Part shown: in pieces, positions 14,071 to 26,756 of the stretch
Layout: each line of letters begins with the position of its first letter
Numbering within the stretch: position 1 is the first letter of the stretch
Assembly: GCA_028023455.1 (NCBI GenBank)
Contig: JAQFVV010000007.1
Location: forward strand, 9,548,001-9,612,000
Length of the DNA stretch: 64,000 nucleotides
Source: Epiperipatus broadwayi
Lineage: Eukaryota; Animalia; Onychophora
Reading direction: 5' to 3'
Program-made: the position numbers and the translations under genes
The notes under the pieces: generated by a model
Told to the model about the DNA's origin: nothing
The model's input: the letters and a program-made list of their open reading frames with translations, nothing else
Database searches by the model: none

Positions 14071-14400
14071 AAACTCTCTATATAGTAGTACCACAAAGTG
14101 CAAGCAGTAGAATCATTGAATGCTAGAAGATCTGTGTATCTAGTGCCTATTCATCCAATATCCCTAGACCAGTTTCTAGCTTGAAGCTTTCATCGGTGAT
14201 GAGCTTTGGATCTGAAAGCACTGTAACTAGACCTTAGAATCTAATATATATATAGAGAGCTTATAGTTAACTAAATAGATGAAAGGTACTTACTAGATGG
14301 TTGCATTAGAACCTAAGGTCAAGATGCAGTGCTCTCAAATCCAATGCTCCTCACTGATGAAAGCCATTAGCTAGAAACTAGTCTGGGGATATGGAGAGTT
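14071..14400. mobile_element. Hammerhead-bearing inverted-repeat element (PLE-derived family A), older copy
   Basis: Arms are homologous to 46758-47224. Sense motif cctca-CTGATGA-aagccattagcta-GAAACTAGTC-tgggga at 14348-14389; antisense copy at ~14163-14215. Confidence 0.75.
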
Positions 14401-15109
14401 TATTTTAACAGCTTATGTAAGCATATAAAATGATCATGTGATAATTTTAAATATATATTATTTGTTTAAAAAAATATGAAGATGCCAGTATCATACAGAG
14501 AAACAGATATAAATGAGCAAACTGCTGCTCATTGGTGGTTTCTTTGTTCTTGAGTTCTGACAGCTCATGTGAGAGCTTTTGCAAGTGCTCTTATTCTGTT
14601 TAACTTTGAAGAGAAAAATTGCATATTTTTCAAAATTTATGTATTTATAATTATTTTTGCAAAATATTAGTAAAATTAATATGTTAAGACCAAAATATTT
14701 ATGATTGCACTTGTATTTTATTCAAAAATATTTGATTTAAAGAATATAAAACAAGAGAAATATAATAATGGTTAATCAGGAGTTGCAATTGGTTGAAAAA
14801 GAAATAAACAGCTTTGTAGCCATTTTTTGTCATTTTCTATTAATTACAAAAATAATTTTAAATGTTAAAACAACATTCCATTGCTTTATTATATTTTAAC
14901 AAGAATTTATTTGGGTTTAAGAATTGGAGTTAAGACACATTTTATTTCATTTGTAAAATATTTTTATTGGCAATTATGAAAGAACAAAAACCATTGTTTT
15001 GAATATGTTTGCCAGTTTATTAATTTTTCTCTATTTACAAAGCTGAAATATTATTTTTAAGAATGCTTTTTTATTTACAGATTTATATTTATAATAAATA
15101 ACATTATGG

Positions 15110-15519
15110 AATTACAAAGAAATCAAGTCATATGTCACATGACCTAATTTAATAAGCTTGTATTACAAATGTGAGGTATAGAGCTCACAAATAAGCTCTT
15201 AAGTGGCTTTGCAGAATATCCCCAAACCCAGACCAGTTTATGCTACTGGTTTCCACAGTGAGGTGCTTGGATATTTAAGCATTAGATTAAAAATACCAGG
15301 ACAAACCCAGCACTTTATCTAATGAATAACTATTAAGTAGAAAACCTGAAATATTCAGACATTCATATGTTTTCCAATCCAGCTATCTAACTTAAATAAC
15401 ATATGGGATAGAACCAAGTTCAGATACACCATATATTAATAACTTTAGCAAAAAATAAAATTACAAAGAAATCAAGTCATATGTCACATGACCTAATTTA
15501 ACAAGCTTGTATTACAAAT
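15110..15519 (-). mobile_element. ~290-bp insertion containing a degenerate family-A hammerhead segment, flanked by a 61-bp direct repeat
   Basis: 15110-15170 equals 15459-15519 with 1 mismatch. 15215-15273 resembles the antisense family-A arm (aatatcccca..agaccagttt..cagtgagg..cttggat). Confidence 0.55.
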
Positions 15520-17573
15520 AAGAAAAGTATGGAAATACAATAAAGGTTTAATTGTTAACCTAAATAGTCATTAAATGGTGCCAAAAATGTGCAATGTGAA
15601 TGGGTTGTACTACTAGAAATATAGTATTCTGTTTATTGCAAACATTTTAATAATTTAGATAATGACAGATGTTTATCATCTGTGGAAAATAATGTATATT
15701 TTAATAGTTTAAGCATGAAAGTGTATAAATGAATCTACAAAATCTGAATTGGGTACCAATATAGTCAGGTATCTACATTACCATTTTACATTCAGTGATT
15801 TATTAAACACTGAATCAACATCATGAAGGACTACTGGGACAACTAATAAATATATTTAAGATTCTTTTTATTTGGAAAAGTGATTTCTCATAAAATATTA
15901 TATAATACTAACTTACAAATAAAATTATAAATTAAATGTGTAATTAAAAACCTCTAACTACTTGAAATTGACAGATTTGTTTTAAACATTTGTCTTTTCA
16001 ATTTCTTACTTGGTTTATAATTAAGGGGGGGGGTGAGGGAGTAAAAAATACAGTCAAGTGTAAGTTTCTTATTGGCTTACAAATTTTATACATTAAATGT
16101 ATAATTTCAAACCTCTTAAAATTATCTGCAATTGACAGGTTTGTTTGGAACTTCCATGTTTTCAAAACCAATTAAGAAATTTAAAAATTTAAAACATAAA
16201 TAATAAAAATAAGACAAAAACAAAAAAATATGGGCAATTATAAATGCAACTGACTTTGATGAATATATATTACTTACTAAAGGGCCAAAATTAAGATCAG
16301 CTACAAATTTCTTATAAGCAACTCTATGATGTTTTTTTTTTATTCAATACAAATTACAAAAAAAATATTCAAAATGAAAATGAATTGGTTTTGCACTTAG
16401 TGGCACTACTGTATGGAGAGTTTTTCCTGTTTTAATAACAGTTATGAGCAAGCATAAGAAATGGTGATCATGTAATGTTTAGTGGTTTGTAACAACAAAT
16501 TAAACAAAGATTAAATTAATGCAGAACCTGAATGAAGAAAGGCTAGAAAGAGGTCAAGTTCATCCTGTTTTTTTGTCAACCATTCCCCAACATATGAGAT
16601 TCAGATGACACTGCAAAATAACTTAGAGTATATGTTTCTAATCTTCTTGAGAACTGCATTTAACACAAGGTTATTGGCTGTTAAGAAGATTATCATTGCC
16701 TAAATATTCCAATTCATTCTTTACTGGCAATTACTTTTTCATAGAAATCTTTAAAAAAAAAGATATTTTTTTCAAACAATATGAGACAGCAAGACAACTA
16801 CTTTCTTAGGATCAAAATGGCTAGCATTCTGAGATTACAAGCTTTAAATCAGAAGTAGCCAAACTTTTAGACATTGGGGGTGACTTTTTTGGTGAAAGCC
16901 AGAAATTAAAAAAAAAAATGTTATTTTTGCTGGAATGAAAACTAGAATGGAAAAAAATAATGGTTCAAAGTCCTGGCTTTTTTAGAATGTATTTATGAAT
17001 TGGTGTTTTTTTTATAAGGGATTTTTAGCTATGCCCAAATATTGGTGACATTTTTAGAAAATACTAACTGATGATTTTTTTTTATAAAATATAAAATGTC
17101 AAAGACATTTTACAATGACTACTATTAAATTACCTCAGTTCCCTCTAGTATTACAATTTGTCCATGTGACTTTATAAAATATTTATTAAATTACCTATAA
17201 ATAATTATTTTCTAGAGCTGATCCTGAATTAAAAAAAAAATTCAAGAAAATATAGAGAAAAAAAAAACAAGAAAATTATTGTTTTAGAATTGTATTAAAA
17301 CAAATTAGATGTAAATTTTACAAAAAAAAAAAGAAATTACTCAGTCGTCTTCCAGAGAACTTGCGGTCAACATCTTGGACTCCCCTGTTCTAAATAAAAA
17401 ACACCAGGCTCATTTTGACATTTCTTTTTTAAAAAAACATTAACAACAATAAAATACTACCAGTAAACACACATTTCATTTGTACATTTAAAAAATCAAC
17501 AACAACAACAAGTTTGTGTGCCAGCTAACATGATGCTAAGCAAGTTGTTGAGTAATAGTTTTGAAATTGCAAG

Positions 17574-18127
17574 ATGAGTTCTAGTCTTCGGGAATGGTTA
17601 AGGAAAATGCGTCGGTTTTCATCTCCAGTATCAAAGATAAAAACCCAGAAATCAGATATCATTAACACCAAAAATTATTGTAAAGAAATTGAAAATGAAT
17701 CTGATATAATGATAGATGAAGTATGAAAACATGATTTCAAAAGATCTTGTGATGAAATTACATATGAATATACTCCTAAAAAAGTTGCTGAAGAAAAAAC
17801 TGTTCTTTCATCTTTAGAGAACAATCACGAAGATCTTATCTCAAAAAAAAAAATATTACAGGAAAGAATCCATAAAAAAGAAGAATTACTTAGAAAATTG
17901 AACATGGTCAAAATATATAGATCAAAAAATAATTTGATTGATCTTCAAAAGTTGATAGAAAAGTGGCTTTCAGTATGTCAGGAAGCTTTATTAGAATTAT
18001 GGAATCATCTACCAGAATCTAGCCTGAATTAACAGACTTAATTGATCATCTTCAAATTGATCATAAAGTAATCTGTTATAATATGGAAGAAGAAAGTTTT
18101 GAAACCAGTGTAAATATAAATCATTAA
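17574..18127 (+). pseudogene. SFR1: Intronless SFR1/MEI5 (Swi5-dependent recombination repair protein 1) pseudogene
   Basis: Translates MSSSLREWLRKMRRF...KEELLRKLNMVKIYRSKNNLIDLQKLIEKWLSVCQEALLEL...PELTDLIDHLQIDHKVICYNMEEESF. This matches human SFR1 as I recall it (MSATLRERLRK; KEDLLRRLKLVKMYRSKNDLSQLQLLIKKW; LTQLIDHYGLDDKLLHYNRSEEEF). Premature TGA at 17724, 1-bp frameshift at ~18020, AATAAA at ~18146. Confidence 0.9.
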
Positions 18128-18162
18128 TTGAATGTTTTTATTTGTAATAAATATATATATTA

Positions 18163-18163
<1 letters not shown>

Positions 18164-18253
<90 letters not shown>
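18164..18253. repeat. Compound (ACA)10(ATA)20 microsatellite
   Basis: Directly visible; separates the SFR1 copy from the L1/Tx1 element. Confidence 0.95.
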
Positions 18254-19702
18254 TGACTGCAAACTTGATACTGAGCAGAGAACTTACTATGAATGGCAGA
18301 AATTCACCCTCATTCATCCCAACACAATCACTATCCCAGGGGTCTCCTCTGAGTGCATTAATGTCTATTTATTATATCAATCAACTTATTGAAAAAATCA
18401 ATAGCACATTCATTGGAGTTCAAATACCTGGTACAACACAGAAGATTGCATATCTCACATACATGGATGATATCACAGTCTTCTTGACATCCAAGAAGCA
18501 AATACCACAGCTTCAGGCAGTGCTTGAACAATTCTCAAAACAATATGGAATGAGAATAAACCTAGAAAAGACTGCAGCCTGGACACTACTCACTGGAAGG
18601 CCATGTGGGCCAATGTATCAAGCAAAACCTACTCCATTTTTAGGCTTTTTTTTTTTCTAGGAGCCACTGGAATGAGATGTCAGATCCAAGCCAAGCTCAA
18701 AGAAGAAGTCAAAAGCATAGCTGAATCACTCTCAAAGGCATATTTGTCCATATATGCAAAGGTGCAACTGATTAACAAATCTATAATAACCAAGATAACA
18801 TATTATATGCCTGTAGTTGAATTTTCAAAAAAAATTATGGCATCCATTAATTCCATATGTTGCAAGCTCATCTGGGGATAAAAAACAGTGGCAATTTCAA
18901 TGGCAAAACTCAATCACCCTGCTATAGCAAATGGACTGGGGTTGCATAGCTTACAAACATTTCAAACATTCAAAACAAGGAACACTATAATTGCTATACT
19001 CACTCAATTTCCTAAATTAAGACACTTAGAGCAGATAACACCTACAGATAGGCTTCCTCCAAAAGATTTGTTTTTTGGAAGTCACCATCTACCAATGCAG
19101 GAGAGAAAGAACAATCCTGGATCAATTTGAACAAAAGTATGAATATTGGGAAATATATAAGTTTATACATCAAAATAATCTCAATGAAGAGATTCCATCA
19201 ATACTAGAAATAGGAAACAAATATCTGATCAAGCAATACAAAAGATGGCAACTGGAACCTAAGTTCCTAGATTTTATAATCAAAATGAATTTGAATGCTT
19301 TACCTACTAAATATTTTTTACATCACAGAAGAATGTACAGGTCAGTTGATCCTTTCTGTGGCCTCTGAGGAGACTTTACAGCATATAATTTTCAACTGCA
19401 AGGCCATGGAGCAGACTAGATGCATTCTGCAGGGGAAATATAGAAAACAAAACACTACAATGATACAAATTATGTCAACTTACAAAGGTAGGTCTGTACC
19501 AGCCATAAGGGCCTCAACGTTTGTCTTATATGCACTTTGGTGCACTAGGTGTGCGTTCATATTGGGTAATAACCACAGAAGGCATCTAGCCACATTTGAG
19601 AATAAGTTATTAAAATTCAAGTTAGAGACAAACAGATCACCAGCCTGGATATTTATGCAGCTACTTGGTCTCTGCTCAGACAAACAGCAAAGTTATAAAT
19701 AA
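18254..19702 (+). mobile_element. 5'-truncated L1/Tx1-like non-LTR retrotransposon (RT 3' half, thumb, zf-RVT), frameshifted
   Basis: LTYMDDITVF; INLEKT; LINKSIITKITYY; ANGLGLHSL; IIKMNLNALPT...DPFC..EETLQHIIFNC. Confidence 0.85.
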
Positions 19703-22437
19703 TGGACAATCCAGTATATTATATGTAGACAAGAACTATGTTTTAAGCTTATGTAAATTTAGAAAGAACTATCAAAATGACACAAGCCTATTCTCTTCCA
19801 TAAAATTAAGATACTGGCGTGGGCTTGCTTTATCGGTATTTTGGAATCTTTAATAAGTCATCACACAAGCAAACAGAAAGGCCCCACCTCACTGATGAGA
19901 GACCTTGACATGTTGCACACACAAATCAAAACCTTTATTCTTCAAGTCACCAACATAAACAAACTAATCGAACTAAAAGGTAGGTATAAAGCTAAACAAG
20001 CACAGATTGCAGAAATAATTGCTACCAAAAATGCAAAACTCTTCCTGCCTGCTCAATACTGCTGGACCCGGAGTTATCTTCGATGGGCTCTGGGGGCAAA
20101 ATCTAAACAGCAAATACCATCCTCACTGCTCGTCAAAGACAGGAAAATTGTGGGAGTTCAAATGCTTTGGAACATTGACAACTATTACAAAAATCACCTA
20201 CAAGGGCACAGGATACCTTCAAGAGTTGACTGGGATTGCTCTACCACTGACATGAAACATGGAATCACATTTGAGGATATCAAGAACCGTCTCCTCAGTC
20301 TACCCAAAAATGTCCATCTTGGCATGCACGGTATTCCCAGATTTGTATTTAACCATCTAAGCTACTTCACATGCCACATAACTCTCAGTGTGCTGAACCA
20401 TCTGGCTACAGGGCAGCATATGCTATCTCAGTTCTACCCCATTGCCATGGTGACATTCATTAAGAAAAACCATGATCCTACACTAATCAATAGCATTAGA
20501 CCTATTTTAATGACACCCATCCTCTTTAAACTAATTGAAGGGGTCATCAAAGAAAAATATCAAAACATCATCTTACAAGATATTTCACCTTCTCAATATG
20601 CCAGGAAAGGTTCATCCCTCTAGAGGCAATGGGCGAAATTAAAATCCTGTTTGACCATATTCGAGCAAACAGACACATAAAACCGATTGCCATCCAATTG
20701 GACATTGCAGAAGCATTTGATTCTGTGTATGTAGGCATCCTCCTCAACTTCCTAGTAGATGCCAAAATCCCTACACAAGTCATACAAATTCTAGACAACC
20801 TGCTCAACAACCGATTCATCCATATTTCTGCTAATGGATCATACTCAGATTGATTCACCCCTGCAAGATCCATCCCTCAGGGGTCTCCACTGAGTGGCTT
20901 ACTATTTATTAAGTACATTAATCCATTGCTGCTAGAACTTGAAAAGCTTCCAGGAGAATTCATCCCCTGTCTTGGTAAGAACATCAACACTTTTGCCTAC
21001 ATGGACAATATTCTTGTCATGCTACCATCACGCGTGTCTTCCTGCCTTATACAAAATAATCACTAATTACACTAACAAATTTAAACTCACAATAAACCTA
21101 CAAAAATCCTCAGCTTGGTGCATCAATACAGGAAATGCATCAGTTCAGCCTTCCTCGCACAACCCCAACCCTACCTGGGATTCCCGATACATCTGTCATT
21201 CAATGTCATGTCCTCTACCCTTCACAAGTCCCTACTGGAAGAAGCTACCAAATTTGCCAAATCAATGGCCAAAACGTATCTTTCATTTCAAGGAAAAATA
21301 GCCCTAATAAATGCAAAAATAATGGGCAAGATCAATTACTACCTACCCATAATTTCCCTCACCAAAACTTTCAATATCCAAATACAAAAAATATGCAATC
21401 AAGTCATCTAGAGAGGATGAACACCTGTAATCACTCTGCTCGCCTATATCAGCACAGAAAACTCAATGGGTTGTCCCTCCATTCTTTAAACATGATTAAG
21501 CACCAAAAACAACACTCCCTGGTGCATAGCCTGATAAAAAATACTCCACAACAGTCATAATCAACCCTGTAATACCCACAGATAGACCACCACCTCCACG
21601 CACTGCCTGGATAAACTGTCACAAGCAAACTTCTCAGAAACAATGGCAATTCCATCTTGGCCCTCCAGAACAAGATCAACATCTGGGAAGCACATGCACT
21701 ACTGAATCTAGAACCAATAACAAGCCAAATACAATTGGGACAGACTAATCACAAAATAATGAAAATCTTTAAATACCTTGCAATGGAACCAAAACTTTTG
21801 AATCACATTATAAAAATAAATCTTGGTGCAATTCCAACAAGCTGGTTTTTACATTTCAGAAGATACATGACAAAGATAGACCCAACATGCCATCTCTGTG
21901 AAAGAAGTGAAGAAACATTTCAACACATCATCTCCCTCTGCCCAGGATATCAGGAGATCCATCAGTAAGGAATGCAGCATTCCTCTCCTGAAGATCCTAG
22001 ACCTTAGAAGCTGCTTGCACTCTGGTGACTTCCCAGTCATCTGCATGGCTATATTTATCTCATATGCCCTATGTATGGCCAGGTGCGATTCCAAATTCAC
22101 AATTCCCAGACCAGATCCATTTGAAGTATTCAACATCCAGCTGAAAACCTTGCAGACAAAGGACTTAATACTGGCCTCCAAATTCTTATTCAACAACACA
22201 TGGGGCCTATATAAAATATTGGCCCCATAGAAATGTGACACCTACTAACTGAGATGACAAGCCTTTGAATGGTATGCAAAAGAATTCCAATTGCAACAGC
22301 AGACTTTTTCTTTTGGCCTTGCATGGCTTAAACCAAATGTATAACTTACAATAAAATTTATTTTAAAACTTGTAGCAGTTAATTTACTATGTAACCACTA
22401 ATGTTGTATTCTTTTGAGACAATAAAGGCCTTTTGAA
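19703..22437 (+). mobile_element. Second, distinct L1/Tx1-like element with a near-complete RT domain, frameshifted
   Basis: IRPILMTPILFKLIE; QLDIAEAFDSV; IPQGSPLSGLLF; AYMDNI; INLQKS; LINAKIMGKINYY; DPTCHLCERSEETFQHIISLC; followed by a 3' UTR and a microsatellite tail. Confidence 0.88.
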
Positions 22438-22478
22438 ACATCATCATCATCATCATCATCATAATCATCATCATCATC

Positions 22479-22564
<86 letters not shown>

Positions 22565-22565
22565 A
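22438..22565. repeat. Compound (CAT)n(AAT)n(A)n tract, probable LINE tail
   Basis: Directly visible at the 3' end of the second L1/Tx1 element. Confidence 0.9.
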
Positions 22566-23229
22566 GAAGAAGTAACAATATAAATGAGGAAGACAAAATT
22601 TATTTTTAGCTTCATTTCTAAAGTATTTATTTATTGTAATGTATATAAATATTTTATTTTTAAGCCTTATTTTCTGTTATATTTTTTAAATATTTAAACA
22701 CATATATTTTACATATGTAAAGTATACTGAATTTTAAATTTATCAATTAGTTATTCTAGCATTCTCAAACATTGTTTTAGAAAATCAAGTCAAAGCTATC
22801 TGATTATTTCTGTACCATGAATTTTCAATCAATCCATTTTATACTGAAGAAGTACAAGCTTCTTCATTTCCATTTAGAAAATAGATTTTTAATATGACTT
22901 TTGTCCTTGGATAAAAATTTCACCAAAAAAGTGGAAAACCCTAGCATATGACCAACAGCTTAAGGTGAGCACTGTTTGGTAGACATCAATGTTGTTTCCT
23001 TCTGGAAAATGATGTCATTAGCAGTGGAAAAAACTAATAAGCAAAAGCATTTCAAAAATCGGTGGTTGGTAGCATTGGTCTAGTTAGAACATTACTGAAG
23101 ACAAAAAAAGATTAAAGGACCTGCACTGCAACGAAGAAAACTGATACTAGAAGAAAATGATTATTAAAATCAAGTAGAGATGCCTACCTGATTATTTAAA
23201 AAATCAATAACACAGATGGGATATTCCAT

Positions 23230-25080
23230 ATGATTTGCATAATCCAACCTAAACTTGTAAGCTTGCAAGATTTTCAAGGTGTGGAAAGATTGAAAATTTA
23301 AAGAAGAAAATGAGATACTGGGGATAAGTAGTGTTGACATAAGTGAGATTAGATGATCAGATAGTGGAGGCTTCTGCACTGTTGTGCAAAGAGTGGTTTA
23401 TTTAGATGACCAAGAGGTATTGGAAAGCATTAATTTTGTTTTTAATAGAAACAAGACAGCAGATTACAAGCATAAGAGGAAAGAATAAAAAAATGATTAT
23501 GATAAAAGGAAAATCAGAGTCAAGAAATATAGTAGTAATTGAGGCATAAATGCTGTCAGTGAACTATGCAAATAAACAGGTTGAGAAAAAAAAATTCAGA
23601 AAAGATATAAGACATCAAAAGATTTTGATTGTTATGGAAGTTTGTAATAATATTGTTGTAGAAAAAAGAGGAAAATAAGGTAGTGGTTAGTTTTGATCTT
23701 GTCATAAGAAGTAAAAAAAGACTCATTGATCATGGCAGCCATGATATTGTTAGCAATAGCCCACTTTTTGAGCAGCCATATATAAAAAAAGATACATAGG
23801 AAATATTTCAGGAGACAATTATTTAAAATGTGAATGTAACAAAAGAATAATTATGATAAAATATAAGATTAGAACCAAAAAATAGAGTATTAATTCCAAT
23901 TATAAATCTTGTCATCAAATTATGTAGATGATTATGGCATTGAATGGAGGCTTTATCAGTTAAATTGCATTTTGATTTAAAACAATTTTTGATATCTAGT
24001 TATATGTAGGTTATGAAGGAGTGTAGATTGATTCTGATTTTACTCATATTGCACTAATAAGCATTACAAGTGGCTTTAAAATCTTGATGTATATCTGGGT
24101 CTAAGAAAGGATGAAATCAAAATAAAGTCAGACAAAGAAGATCAGTTAAATGTCATGGAGATGACATATGAGTTCTCATGCGATGGAAAAATAGATTATA
24201 ATTCTGGAAGATAATGAAAAAGTTATTAAAGTAGCAGAGAAACTCTGAAAAACAAGGGAAAATTATATTCAAATCATGGATAGCAGAAAAAATTTTGAAC
24301 ATGATGTAAGAACAGGAACAGATGGAATTCCATTTGGGATATTAAAATTCTTGAGAGAGTGGGGACATATGTCCATTTTTAAATTGCTAAATGAAATGTG
24401 TTTGATTGAAAAGATGACCTCAGATATTGACAACAGAATGTTGATAGCAATTTCCTCCAATTCAAAAACTGGAGTCAAAAATGAGAAGAGCATTGAAATT
24501 AAGCTTGGCTTTATATACACCAAAAAATTTGAATGGAATTTTATTTACTAATAAATAAAAAATAGGACTGAAGAAAAATTATTAGATAATCACTTTGGCT
24601 TTAAGACAAATATAGAAACATGGAAAGCAATTTTGAGACTTCAAATACTGATTGAGATTAAATAAACATGCAGTAATAGAATTTGATTGATATAAAAAAG
24701 GCATTTGATAATGTAGATTTTAACAAAGTTTGCAATATATTGGAATGTGAAAATAGATTTTAAAGAGAGATGAATGATATATCAGTTATATAAAAAACAA
24801 TCATTATAACAAAAGAAGATACGTTTTCACTTTTGCTTTTCATGATTTACATTGAAGAAACCATGAGAAATTTTAATAAAAATGTAAAGAGAGGACTAAA
24901 ATTATTTAATACTACACAATTTGTAGATATGTATTTAGTAGAAAGAATATAATTTACAGTTGACATTGAATGCACTTGATAACCCACTGGGGAAAAAAGA
25001 ATATAAACATTAATAGGAAAATAAACAAAGATAATGAAATATGCTAGAGTGAAAAATCATATAGTCAAATATTAATGGTA
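23230..25080 (+). mobile_element. Highly decayed RTE-like LINE (APE endonuclease plus RT remnants)
   Basis: GKIENLKKKM..GISSVDISEIR.SDSG (~23283, APE start); GTDGIPFGILK (24316); FG(F)K..I.T.KAI; IDIKKAFDNVD (~24685); SLLLFMIYIEE. Confidence 0.7.
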
Positions 25081-25116
25081 GAGAATGTTAGACAACATCA
25101 CAGTTCTTAATACTTA

Positions 25117-25720
25117 AAATAATGTAGAAGTACTGAAAATCCCTAGTGAGCTATACATAAACTAACTGTTAGTAAACATAGAACGTAGAATAAGTCCACC
25201 TACACTTTAGTTTTGGTTATGTATAAGCACACCATTTACTGACATACTTACATATAGAGAGTGATTTATCTATACTAATGTAATTTCAAGACAACTATAA
25301 GCTATTCTAAAATGGCTATAACTAATCAGAGTTGAGCCTTATATTTAATAATCTCTTAATATGAAATTAATCCCCAGTTAATAGTTAGTTTATATTTAGT
25401 TCACTAGAGTTTTTTCAGTACTTCCACATTATTTCATCTATGTTTGAGCTGGTAAGAGGTTATATTTACATCTATTAATGAAGGTTAATTTACTATTAAA
25501 AGATTGTTGAATACAAGGTTCCCTCTAATTAGTTATAGTGTTTTCTGAGTAGCTTATATTTGTCTTGAAATTACATTAATATAGCTAAATCATAAGAATG
25601 TTAGTAAATGGTAATCTTGTATATAATCAAAGCTAATGCATAGGTGGTCTCATTCTACATTTTATGTTTACTGACAGTTAGTTTGCAAACTGTTTTTTTA
25701 ATACTCCCACATTATGTCAT
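25117..25720. repeat. Foldback / MITE-like inverted repeat with an internal third partial arm
   Basis: 25117-25300 is the reverse complement of ~25545-25720; ~25380-25435 is a further inverted copy of 25117-25170. Confidence 0.6.
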
Positions 25721-26289
25721 CTATATTTGAGGTGATAAAAAGTTAATATATTTTTCTTAATACTTGGAAAACTTAAAATCTGATGAAAGAACTAACAGTG
25801 ATATGAAGACTAATATATTCTAAGCCACAATAGCCTTAAAACTGCATATTGCATCTGGAGTTGCATTTAAATTTGGAATTTAGTTAGCAATCTCACTTTT
25901 AATTAATAGATTTTTTCATTATTGTGGATATATAGATGTCTATATTATGGGTGTCTATCATGGGAAATAAGGGTAAATAATTTTAAATTGTTTAATTAAC
26001 AAAATGATAGATATTCATTATAGACATAAAAGCTATAAGTACAGAGGAATATATCCAAATAACTTATTTGCATTTGTAAATATATATTTTTTAATTTTCT
26101 TTTCTACAGTGATTGATAATTTGTTTTATGTTTGAATAAATATATATATGTTTTGTAAATAAATATTATGAAGTTTTGTTAATTGACAAGGTCTCTGTAG
26201 TTTTGTTGATCCAGCATTTATATTCAATCCAGCATTTACATTCCATCCTATAACCAATATTTTACACACGCACACACACACATTATTGT

Positions 26290-26756
26290 TTGATAAGCAT
26301 GAGAGAAAATGTTAAATAAAGGTTATTTGTTGCTAATAGATAGGATGAGTCATTTTAGTTGTTGATTAACAGTTTGCATAGGTACATCCCTGTTAAAGAG
26401 AGCCGAATGCGAATTCTTCCTGAGTTCGAATATCTGAGGCAACGGTTATGAAAAAGAGTGGTGAGATGTTAGATGAACTGATTTAGGTTACATGTAGATT
26501 TGATAGATAATGCTTAGGCTCATCTATTAAAGATAGATGTAATCATGAGTCAGGTACTTCGTGTTATCTCTACCATCCACATGAAGACCCCTAGGTTCAA
26601 CAGTAGTTAGATGTGATCTTGCTCTCTTTCCCCTATATACTTGGATGGACCAGACCGTTACATTTGGCACTATCAACTTTGGGATATGAAAGATTGGTGT
26701 ACCAGCACATTTAGACTTAGTTTAAGTTGATTACACGTTGTGGTCGAACCATTACA
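26290..26756 (+). mobile_element. LTR fragment with PBS, followed by a second LTR-like end at (TA)n
   Basis: ccagaccGTTACA-tt-TGGCACTATCAACTTTGGG (26651-26683), then ggtcgaaccATTACA|ATATATAT at 26756. Confidence 0.55.
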
